A DNA stretch of 64,000 nt from Azolla caroliniana (lineage: Eukaryota > Plantae > Polypodiophyta), in assembly GCA_043228905.1 (NCBI GenBank), contig JBHGNT010000016.1, forward strand, positions 13,206,001 through 13,270,000, given 5' to 3'. The notes under the pieces are model-generated. The model was not told the origin of the DNA, did no database searches, and saw nothing but the letters and a program-made list of their open reading frames with translations. The translations under genes were made by a program, and so were the position numbers. Shown in pieces: positions 37,578-48,500 of this stretch (position 1 is its first letter; every line of letters starts with the position of its first letter).

Positions 37578-37859
37578 TGTTGGGTATGTGAGGAAGAGTG
37601 GGAAACACACAAGAAGCTCAAAGAAAGAAACACTCACACAAGGAAGGCAATGGCTGGAATAGCTCTCTATTGATGAATATTCCTAAAAAAATAGGAGCTG
37701 AAATATATATCCCTAAGTACTAAGTACCACCACATATGAGTGACTCATGTATGTGGTAACATGGGGAAAAAACCTCTAGCCAGCACTAGAGTAAAAAGTG
37801 CCCATGTATAGGGAAAATGGTTCACATCAAAGCTACTAGAGGAACACGCAAGTGTAACA
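37578..37859 (-). repeat. 5' LTR of element D
   Basis: Identical to 32692-32973. Confidence 0.98.
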
Positions 37860-37864
37860 TAGAC

Positions 37865-40800
37865 TGCCACGGCTTACTTGGAATCGGTAAGGGTTCCAAC
37901 AAGCCATATGGATGGTGTCATGGCATCTTTGCTCGGCAGCAAGCATCACAGGTCCGCAGGTAGTCGTCGACAAAACGACGCATGTGGGGCCACCAAAAAG
38001 ATCGTTGCACTAGCTCCCACGTCTTAGTACTACCGAGATGTCCCGCCATATGGGTGTCGTGACAATGCTGGACGATTTGAAGGCGACAGGAGCAATCGGG
38101 GAAATATACGTGCTTTTTAAAGAATAACAAACCATCATGATATTCGAATTGTCGGTAGTCAATACCTGGTTGTTGAGACTGAGAACAGGATGCCCGAGAA
38201 GTATCAATGTGCACCAGGATGTCTTGAGCAAAACTATCCGTCTTCAAGTTTGCACGTATGTCATCGGTAATCCGTGAATCCATCGGGGTGTGAAAAATCC
38301 GCGTCGTGTGCAATCGTGTTGGTCCCAAGATTACTTGCTTTTGATTATCAAATGTTGGATCACCAGGACGAGGTGCAAGATATGAACGCCGTGATAGTGC
38401 ATCTGCTTTTCCTTGCTACTTCCCCGGTCGATATGTGATTTTGAAGTCGAAACGCGTGAGGAATTGCGCCCACCGAGCTTGCCGTCAATTTAGTACACGA
38501 GCGTTCTGGAAATAAGCAAGATTTTTATGATCACTAAAGACAACGACCTGATGTGGAGAGCCCTCTAAGAAATGCCGCCATTGCACAAATGAATCCACGA
38601 TGGCTAATAACTCCTTGTCATGTATTTCGTAGTTGATTTCCGCAACATCGAATTTGCGCGAATGGAAAGCCACCGGATGCAACTCTTCTTTATCTCCTTG
38701 TTGAGAAAGGATGCTACCAAGGGCGAAATCTGAAGCATCGGCCTCCATGATGAATGGTTTGCTAGTATCCACATGAGCTAGAATCGGTGCTGATGTAAAG
38801 GCTTTCTTAAGATACTGAAAAGCCATATTTGCTTCAATGGATCAAAGAAATGCTTGGCCCTTCTTCGTAAGTTGTGTGAGGGGTAAGATAATCTTCGAGT
38901 AATCCTGTATAAACTTATGGTAGAAGTTAGCAAAACCTAGAAAACATTGTACATCTCGTACCGACCGTGGAATTTGCCACTCTAGTATAGTTTGGACTTT
39001 AGTTGGATCCATGGCGATGCCCTTTGAGGAGATGACGTAACATAGAAATTCCACTTGCTTGCAGTCAAAGCTACATTTTTCTAGCTTGGCATAAAGACCA
39101 TTCTCGCGGAGTCGCTTTAGTACTAATAGTACATGAGAATCGTGCTCTTGCTGGGTCTTCAAATAAATCAATAGATCATCAAGATAGATGATCAAACAAA
39201 TATCCAAGAGGACTCTGAATATATCATTTGCCATGTGTTGGAAGACTGCGGGTGCATTGGTTAGGCCGAACGGCATAACAGTATACTCGAAATGCCCATA
39301 CCGCGTGCAAAAGGCGGTCTTCCATTCATCTCCCGGTCGGATCCGCACGAGGTTATACGCTCCTCGTAGATCGATTTTGGTAAAAAACTTGGCACCATTA
39401 ACTCGCTCTAAAAGACTTGATATAAGAGGAAGTGCATACCTATTCCGGATGGTGACCTTATTCAATCCGCGGTAATCAACGACGAGATGAAGTGAGCCAT
39501 CTTTCTTCTTGACAAAGTAGATGGGTGCACCGGCCGGAGATTTCGAATGATGGATGAACCCGCTTGCCAAGTTCTCCTCTATGTAGGCTCAAAGGACTTC
39601 TAACTCGGTGGGTGACAAGTTGTAAATTGGTCCCCATGGTGGCTCGGTTCCTGGTTGTAAATCGATGGGACAGTCATAGGGACGGTGATGAGGAAGGGTA
39701 CCGGCTTTTACCTTGTCAAATACATCGGCATAAGGATGATATTTTGCTGGAAGTTGTACTGAGGAGTCCTTCTTAATAGTGTTGGAAGGATGTACTGATA
39801 TTGCAAATAGGAACATTGCCTCCTTGTGTCCTTCTTCGCGTAATTGATGGAGTGAAATGGTCGATATCGGACTTCTCTTGTTCTCCAATCTATAGTTGGA
39901 TTATGTAATTCAAACCAAGGTAATCCTAGGACAATGGGATGCTCTGGACTACTAATTATATTAAATGATATCACACACACAAAACTACCTAGGACAACTT
40001 GAATGGGTTCTGATTCTTCTACAATATTCCCGGAAGCGATGGGACGACCATCAATGACTACTACAGATGCGGGACAAGGAAGTTTTCTTAGGGATATCTG
40101 AGAAGCTTGGGCAAAATTTCGATCCATGAAACAGGAATTAGCTCCGGAATTTAAGAGTGCTAGGACGGGTACTGGGGGAGTACTTTTAGTACTAACAATG
40201 ACTTGGGCTAGGAACACATTGCTAACTTGCTTGGAAGGAATGGAACCACTAATGGGCTGTACAGATCTAGGGCTGCTGTCCAACCAAACGACTCCTATTT
40301 TGGCTGGACTCAATCGTTTAACTCTTCATCTAATTGACTAAGGATTTCAAATTTGTTTGAGATACTTGGGCTATTAGTACTATGAATACTATCTGACACT
40401 CTATTAGTACTATTAATACTATCAGACACTCCAAAGGGAAGAATTGACTCGGGTTTAGTACAAGCGACGATTTGATTTACCTGTCTTCTTGGCCTATGGG
40501 GAAAATTGATGGCGATATGCCCTAGTCCACCGCAATAAAGACATAATTGATTGGCACGTCGTCGTTGCTTTTCTTCTTCCGATAACGGTCCGCGTCGACG
40601 CATGGTGTCGATCTCCATCGGTGTCGGAATATTGGCTTGAGGTACATCGCGTGCAAACGGTTTAGCCGTGACTGAGGCGTATGTGGATTCCAGCCGAGAG
40701 CGTGGTATTTGTAACTGACGCTCCGAACGTCGTTCGAAAAGGCGGTTGTCGCATCAGACCGCTTGACTGATTGCCTCCGTAAGAGACTTTGGTTCTTCGG

Positions 40801-41467
40801 GGAAGGTTAAAAACAGATCTTTGACATCATTGTGCAAGCCGTAGCGAAACTGCTCCATGAGGGCCTGATCATCCCAGGGAATATCGGAGGCGAGTAGACG
40901 AAAATCCGCCACGTAGGTAGAGGTTGGACGATCGCCTTGACGCAATCTTCGGATCTTGTTGATCGCCGTCCTGATGCTATCGGTATCTCCAAAGCAGGCT
41001 TTAAACTCACCAATAAAATCTTCAAAGTTATTAAGCAGGGGTGATTGTTTTTCTAGAAGCGGAGCGAACCATGCCAAGGTTGAGCCACTAAGTAACGTGT
41101 CTATTAGGCCGACTCGAGATGCATCAGTGGGATATCGGGAAGGATGCATCTGGATGACTAAGCGTACCTGATTAAGGAATCCCCGGAATTGCGATCGCGT
41201 TCCATCAAATTTCACAGGAAGTCCAATCTTGGGCTCTTTATGAAATCCTTGGGGACTTGATCCTTGTTGTTGCAACGCTGCTTCGAGTTGTTGTACCCGT
41301 AATGCTAACTCCCCATGTTGTTGTTGCGTTTGTTGTTTTTCGAGAGTGATTTGTTGCAGATCCCCTATCAACCGTTGGTTTTCTTGTTCCAGGGCAACAA
41401 ACTTTTCTTTTAGGCACTGTAACTCGGAGAAAACGGATTGATATTCTTGGGCACTAACAGTAGCCAT
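37865..41467 (-). pseudogene. gag and pol (PR, RT, RNase H, integrase N-terminus) of element C with stops and frameshifts
   Basis: MATVSAQEY gag start, CLYCGGLGH knuckle, ALLNSGA (decayed protease), MPFGL, YLDD, ADASDFALG, DKELLAIV. Confidence 0.93.
40268..40322 (-). promoter_or_regulatory. Candidate -1 frameshift signal of element C (G_UUA_AAC plus 11-bp stem)
   Basis: Heptamer 40322-40316, 6-nt spacer containing the gag stop, stem 40309-40299/40288-40278; conserved in B at 16138-16182. Confidence 0.7.
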
Positions 41468-41525
41468 AGTATAGGGAAAAGGGTAGGAGGATGAGGGAGA
41501 ACGGCAAGTAGGCTAGAGGAAAGGG

Positions 41526-41537
41526 AAATTGGTTCAA
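41526..41537 (-). promoter_or_regulatory. Self-priming site of element C
   Basis: TTGAACCAATTT just inside the 5' LTR is exactly complementary to AAATTGGTTCAA in the LTR (41728-41717), ~33 nt downstream of the TATA box. Confidence 0.85.
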
Positions 41538-41539
41538 AC

Positions 41540-41958
41540 TGTCAGGAATAGTACTAAAACAGAGACAGAATTAGTACTAAGAAGAGTAGTACTATTAGTA
41601 CTAAGAGGAGAGAGAGAGAGATAGCGAGGATGAGAGAGAGAGAAAAGATGATGACAACAGCTAATATATTATGTGAAAAGATAAGTACAAAGCGGCTGAG
41701 AGGCTTAAGACTGGCGTTGAACCAATTTGGTTCAACATAATGCCTAGTGCCTTCTTTTATAGTGTTGTCAGGAGTAATCCTGAAACTTCTAGAATGTTCC
41801 AGAGAAATCTGGAATATACATTACTTTCTTATAATAAAATATAAATGAAAATAATATCCTATGAATTACAATAGATGGTGTGATGGTTAAGAGCTCGACC
41901 CATATACCATAAGGTCATGGGTTTGAGTCTTGCCATATCATGACACCATATCATGACA
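41540..41958 (-). repeat. 5' LTR of element C
   Basis: TG..CA, direct repeat of 31198-31607. Confidence 0.95.
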
Positions 41959-42244
41959 GTCGATTGTTCCCACACCGGGAAGTCTTTGTGGGTCGCATCA
42001 GGTGTTGTGTCGTTAGCTCCATCGACATAGCTCCAGTAACCATGCCCAAGCAGGTACTGGTGCACCTTGTATGACCAAGATGCGTAGTTGGACCTGTCGA
42101 GCTTCTCCACCGGAAGCGAGCTAGCCATTCCTCTATCCATTTGTTTGTTTGTTTTTTTTTCCTATTCTTTACAAAGGTTAGGTTTTCTTCTTGCGAAAGA
42201 GAATGTCGGCTGCAAAGGTTCTCAAACCTCATGCTCTGATACCA

Positions 42245-42643
42245 TGTAGAAACAAATAGCGTGCGGAAGCAATAGAAAACCGAAAACAGAAAATAGGTTT
42301 AATGGAGAACTTAACATTACGCGGGAGAGACAGAGAGAGAGCACACAGAAACTCAATTCAAAAATACTACTCAGTCTGTACATTGTATGTGTTCAGTGAA
42401 CACTTTTAAACAAGTCCATCCGGACTGACAGAAGTATGTTGTACTTCAATGCTCACACAAGCGTCTGACACTAACTACGAGATATTAACTTCCTAGTAGA
42501 CTATAGATGCTACTTGGCTTCCGATTACTGCTTGATCCAGCTAACCGGCTCCCTCGCTCACCGGCTCACTTGCTCACCGGTTCACCGACCCGGCTCATCC
42601 TTCTGGATGCCAATCCGGATCCGGTTGAGCTTGCCGCCCAACA
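42245..42643 (-). repeat. 5' LTR of Copia element E
   Basis: Adjacent PBS TGGTATCAGAGCA; homologous (inverted) to the LTR at 50081-50508. Confidence 0.85.
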
Positions 42644-44852
42644 AAAGGTCACAAGGAGAGCGAGTGTTGGAAGAAGCGCTGCCGATTTGGAGAAAAACGA
42701 ATACGGATCCAGACCGACAGAACAAGGAAATCGGCAGCGGTCAACCTACACCGAAGGATCCGAAAAAGTCAGAAAGGGGCAACCTTCACGACAAGACATG
42801 ACGCGAACCCGATGAAGAAGACCATCCCGAAATCAGACGAAGTGTGGTATGTTGACTCCGGAGCATCAAACCAATCGATGAGCCAAAAAGAGTAGTTCTC
42901 ATATCTCAAAAGACCGGAACAACCGGGAATAGTCGCAACAAGAGACGACACTCCGCATCCGATCGTACATGTCGGTGAAGTTCTCCTCAGTCACGTTGGG
43001 TAGAAAGAGAAACTAATGAACGTGTTACAAGTCCCGAAAATTACGAAGAATCTAGTGTCGGTTGGACAGATCGTCGACCAGTGGATCCAAGTTCGGTTCA
43101 CGCATCTCGGGTGCTTCATCGAGGAAGAAGGCCAAGTGATTGCGCAGGGGTGTAGAGATGGGAGGATGTTCATCGTCGACACCAATGACGTAGGCACCAC
43201 CATGTTTGTGAAAGGGCAAAAAGTCGAGTCAAATATCAACTTGTGGCATAAGAGGATAGGCCACGTCAACTACGAAAAGCTTCAAGACCTGCAATCGAAA
43301 CAGGTTGTGTTCAGATTGCCAAAATTCAATGGTCAAAAGGCCCAAATTTGTGAAGCTTGCCAGCCAGGGAAGGAACACCGACTTCGTTTCCCCAACGAGC
43401 GTAATCAGAGCTGAAATAAGCTAGACTTGATGCCTTTAGATGTATGGGGACCGACACAGAACGTGAGTCTTGGTGGGAGTCGATATTTCGTCTCCTTCAT
43501 CGACAACTCCACCCGACACACATGGATCTACCTCATCGAAAAGAAGACTGAAGTCTTTGACTATTATCGGAACCTCAGAAATCTTGTCAAAAAGTGTTAT
43601 TTGGGGTCGGGGGGTTAGGATAGTGAGAGAGCTAGAGAGAAAGACAAATTGAAAACCACACAAATGAGAGGGGGAAAATGTATATCATTACATACCCCAT
43701 AGGGGGTTTATATAATACATCCAATGTAATGGTTACATTACCGTTATAAATAAGACCGTTACACATTCTCGTACACATGCACATAATTGTGCATGTGTCT
43801 ATACACATACTCATCCTCACACACTCATTTATTTTACACATACACATCAACCACGTCATTACACATACCCTTATGCCTCCCTGTATATTCTTACGGGTAA
43901 CACATGGCACGCTTGTGGGACAATGCATTGCATGGTGAACCCACTTGCCATGGTGCCTCTTCTCGACTGGAACTCCATCGGTCGTCTCAACGGTCGGAAA
44001 TCCCTCGACCGGATCACTGCTCTACGATCGATAACTTCGATCGGAGCTTTTCTTGACTCGAACCTTCTCATTCAGTTAGCACAAGTCGTGATTGGATCAT
44101 ACACCAATCGGCTAGTTCAATATGGCATGGGTTGTGAAATCGTGTTGTGCATTTGTGAAGTGAGTTTTATATTTTTTACCCTTTGGTCTTTAAAACTTTT
44201 TACCCTCAAATTTATTTTTTTTGAATTTTATTTTATGCTCTTGAGTTCTCGAAATTTCCTCTTCTGCCCTTGAGCTTCTAAAATTCCTTGTGCTTTTGAA
44301 ATTTTGTCTTTTGCCATCAAGCTTTTGAAATCCATCGCTATACCCCCCTTTTTTTTCCTTTTTCGAAATTTACTCTCATGCCCTTCTTTGTATTTCTTCT
44401 ATCCTCTTTTCTTCTTCGTCGTCAATTTCTTCTTGGTCTTCTCTTTTCTCTGTGTGGCTTCTAGGGTTCCATTCCTTCTTTCCTTGTCATTTCGTCTTCT
44501 TTTGTTGTTTGCTCCATTTTCTTCCTTTATTCTATCTGTTGCTTCTGTCTTTCTCTTCTTCCATCGGTCATCTATGGCCATTTCCCTCCGTGTTCGTCCT
44601 TTTGTCTCTACCAACAGTGATTGTCAAGCGCTCTCTGCTTGACAGTCGTCGCCATCTGTCCGGCTAACTCTGTCAATTGTTGGCTCGGACGCCATTGTTC
44701 GGCGGTTGTTCGAATAGTAGGCTCTCTGTTCGGCCGTGTCTTTTTGAACACCTGTCAGAACTCGGCCATCTCTCAGCCGTCGACTCTGTTCGGGGCCGGC
44801 TCTGTACGGCTTCCAAACTGTTTTTCCGGCTCTGCCGCCGTCGACCGATATT

Positions 44853-45032
44853 TTGGGCCGTGCCTCAACCGTATTCTGGGCCGTGCATCTCAGCCATATT
44901 CTGGGCGTCGCGTCTCGGCTACGCGCCTCAGGCTTATTCTGGGTCGTGCATCTCGGCCACGCGTCTCGGCCGTATTCTGGGCTATGCGTCTCGGCCACGC
45001 ATCTGGGCCATATTCTGGGCCTCGCGTCTCGC
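44853..45032. repeat. GC-rich degenerate minisatellite inside J
   Basis: Repeated (g/c)cgtctcggccrtattctgggc and gcrtctcggccac units. Confidence 0.8.
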
Positions 45033-45446
45033 CTATGCTTTTCGCCGCGCTGTCGTGAAGATTTTCAGCAGCGGTGTGAAAATTGTGTGCAACGAACGAA
45101 ATCGAGAAGGTGCAATGTGCTCGTGTGAAAGGGGAGAAGACCACATGCATATGCTAGCATGTTGTAAATAGGACTGAAATGAGAATCGTAAAAGAAAAGC
45201 TAGATGTAAAGTTAAAACATGTGCCCGTGTGATGTGCGCTCAATTGTAAATATAAAAATAATACTAAAGCCTAGTAACATTTACGTACATACATAGGGGT
45301 GGAAGCAAGGCTTGAACCTTGCACCTCCAAGATAGGAAACAAATTAACTTACAACTAAAGCCACTACTGAGTGCTTTAAAATTTGTATATTTTCTTTTCA
45401 TATTCAGTATTCTATAGGAAGCAAACATATAGAAACCGTGGGCACA

Positions 45447-45500
45447 AAACCATGGTTTCAGCCCATGGTTTTAGCCCGTGGGTTTAGCCCATGGATTTTG
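45447..45500. repeat. Short tandem repeat (13-bp unit gcccrtggdttta)
   Basis: About four copies visible. Confidence 0.7.
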
Positions 45501-48500
45501 CATGGAGAGACCTATAAAAGCCTATAGTGGGGCTTGTGTAAGGGGGGAAGTGATGTAAGTAAAAGAAAAGAAACCTTTAATCATAGATCTGAGTTATCCT
45601 AATGGTGATGTATCTTGTCTCATAAAACTAAAGTCAAGGGTTCAATCTTTCTCTCAATATTTATCCATCTATCTATCTTCAATACTTTCTCGCTTACGTT
45701 GCTAAAAATATTGAATCCTTCCAGTAGAGGACCCCGGTGGTCCCGCTTCATTTTACGAACACACGAGGATTTCCTCGACAACACGTCTCGGCCATCGGTT
45801 GGCCGTCCTCTCGGCCATGGTCATTCTCGACCATTGCCACAACCGGTTGTTGGGGCTGTCAGATAGTCTTTGAAGAAGTTCCTCCTCTTTTAGAGTTAGG
45901 GTAGATCCTTTTCACTGAAGACATAGCACACTAGACAACACAACCTCGAGCCAGACATTCACTAACATTCTTGGTCCTTCTAGGCTCCTTGAAGACATTA
46001 GTAAGAATTTTGGTAATTGTAGGGACTGTAATGCTCTGTAAGAATCTTAGTAAGAATCTGTAATGCTTTTTCGTCAGAATGGGCATGAATCTTGTACTTG
46101 TATTTGAACTTAGGGATCATCAAATAGAAATTCATCACAATCCCTTCCACTTAGGGATCAGTCAAAAGCATGACTCATCACGTTCAACTAGCCTTTCTTG
46201 ACAGCAACCACAGATACTTGCATAACAACGTGTCCTACATCTATAAAAATAATATTGATGGGATGACTGTTGTAGAGCAAGTGATGAGAGCTTCGCAACG
46301 GAACAACAAGGGGAGGCTAGCTAAGGTTCAACAATATCACAAGGGGGTCAAGTAGGGACGGAAGATCGTGATTAGGGGTTTTGTCATAGAAGGAAAACGT
46401 AAGAGAAGGATCTAACTATGTGTCTAGCTTTTAGGACTAGGGTTTTCTGCAATACTGAATGATGAATGAAGAAGGGTAGAAGGGGGGGTGGGGCAAAGAG
46501 TTGGGAAGAAAGCGATTGAATGGGGAGTGATGATAGAGGCCATAGCCGTGAAGAGCTTGAGATTCAAAAACCTTCAGGTCCATCTTTGTGAGACGAAAGG
46601 TCTAAAGCACCTTCTTTTTGGGACCTTGCAGCAACTTGTAGAGACATAGTTGGGGGGCCTAACTGTGGACATATTTTGCCATGGCATCTCTAGAATAGGG
46701 AACCGCCATGGAGCTCAGCTCTTCTTCTTGCTTCCTAAACATGCTTTCTCTCAGCTTCCTCGATCCGTTTAGCTTTCCTTAGCTGCATACACTTCCTTAC
46801 TTGCTTGAAATCAATGGCGCCCAAACTTGAGTTGTATGTTTCTCAACACACACAGACACACACACATACACACATAGAGATGTAGAGAGGGAGAGAGAGA
46901 CTTTAGTTGGAGAGGGAGAGCAAGGGAGGGAAGCGTGACTTCTTCTCAAGGGAGGACCATCCTTTTGGGCATGCCAAAAGTGTTGATGGGTGGGGGGTGA
47001 AACCTAGAATGGCTTCACCCCCCTCCCAAGGGGGTTAAGTTAGTGAGAGAGCTAGGGAGAAAGAAAAATTGAAAATGACAGAAATGAGAGGGGAAAAATG
47101 TATATCATTACATACCCCATAGGGGGTTTATATAATACATCCATTGTAACGGTTACATGACCGTTATAAATAAGACCGTTACACATTCGTGTACACATGC
47201 ACATAATTGTGCATGTGTCCATACACATACTCATCTTCACACACTCATTTACTTTACACATGAGCTGTCGGGGAAACAATGTTCGCACATGAGCTGTATT
47301 TCGAAAGGAAGCCAAATCTACGACACTTGAGGGTTTTCAGTAGCATCGCGTATGTGCATGTGCCGAAGGAGAAGCGGAGGAAGCTGGACGCGAAAGCCAA
47401 GAAGTGTATCTTGGTCGGCCACTCAGACGAACAAAAGGTTTATAAGTGTTACAACCCCCGAACCAAACAAGCTCGTGTAAGTTGCGATGTCGTGTTCGAT
47501 GAGTCTCCGCCTTGGTATTTGCCTCCGACTCGAGACCTCAACTCCAATCCAAGTTTTGAAGACGAGGTCAACAAGGTTGAGCTACCTCCTGATAAACGCG
47601 AAGTCGAAACTCTTGAAGAGAGTCCGATCTCATTTCGGCTAAGTGGACCGAATGAGCGATTGAATCGGTTTGACCAGTTAGATGAAGAGCTGGCGAGTAG
47701 TGGAGACTCGGTTGTGCATTCTCCGCGCAGGAAGCCGAAGAGACGGCTTACACGCAAATAAAAGGGAAAGAAGAAGATGTCTGAGTATGGCACGGATAGG
47801 GACGAGTCGGATCGACACGAATCCAACTCGAAAAAGAGCGATGATGGGCCTTCAAGAGCGAAGTCCGCGTTAGCCATAGCGGCTTCAATATTGGCTAATG
47901 AGCCTTTACGCCGATCTACCCACCAGAAGAACCCTGTTCTGTGGTTCGGGTACAATGAGAACATGGTGCATCACGATGCGTACATGACACGTGTAGCGGA
48001 AGTGCGTGAGCCGGGGAGCTACGCAGAAGCGGCAAAGGACGCAAACTGGCATGCCGCCATGGAGGAAGAGATGAACGCACTTGCGGAGAATGAAACCTGG
48101 GACCTGGTTGACGCCCCCAAGGGTGTAAAGCCGATTGGATGCAGGTGGATGTACAAGGTCAATTACAATACCGACGGCTCGATCAACCGATACAAGGCCC
48201 GGTTTGTAGCAAAAGGCTATGCGCAGCAACACGGCATCAATTACGATGAAATTTTTGCGCCGGTCACGAAGATGACGACCGTCCATGTTTGGCTTGCGGT
48301 AGCTGCGGTGAAGGGATGACATTTACATCAGATGGATGTAAGAATGCATTCCTGCAAGGCGAGCTTGAGGAACAAGTGTACATGGTACAACCCCCTGGAT
48401 TTCACTCCGGAACGAACACTTCGGCAGTATGCCGGTTGAGAAGTCCCTTTACGGACTAAAGCAAGCCCTGCGTGTCTTGAATGCGAAGATCACGCAGTGA

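Larger units (their letters stand above)
32692..37859 (-). mobile_element. Element D: intact Ty1/Copia, very recent insertion into the integrase of C
   Basis: Identical 282-bp LTRs, perfect TSD tagac (32687-32691 / 37860-37864), tRNA-iMet PBS, PPT, uninterrupted gag-pol. Confidence 0.99.
31198..41958 (-). mobile_element. Element C: full-length, degenerate Tcn1/Tf1-type chromovirus (Ty3/Gypsy) inserted in the gag of E
   Basis: LTRs 31198-31607 and 41540-41958; TSD gccga (31193-31197) / gtcga (41959-41963); gag, PR, RT (YLDD), RH, INT, chromodomain (YLVDWVGYSPSERTWEP); PPT at ~31608-31622. Confidence 0.96.
26498..42643 (-). mobile_element. Element E: degenerate Ty1/Copia lacking its 3' LTR; host to the solo LTR and to element C
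   Basis: 5' LTR 42245-42643, Met PBS 42232-42244, gag split by C, CWYCGKKSHRESEC, WYVDSGAS, INT, RT (internally deleted), RH ADIFTK. Confidence 0.93.
43595..47261 (-). mobile_element. Element J: apparently non-coding LTR element with diverged ~300-bp LTRs
   Basis: Direct repeats 43595-43902 and 46981-47261 (right one truncated); PBS-like motifs at 43905-43921 (+) and 46967-46976 (-); no recognisable gag/pol; strand inferred from TATA/CT-tract layout. Confidence 0.8.

Noticed and set aside
44040-44085. CUGAAUGAG on the minus strand (also ~60555), suggesting a hammerhead ribozyme/retrozyme
   Set aside because: Could not build stems I-III with a properly placed GAAA and NUH site; the second copy lacks the GAAA
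44133-45861. Precisely bounded solo LTR within J
   Set aside because: The candidate TG..CA ends have no matching TSD, so the boundaries are unsupported
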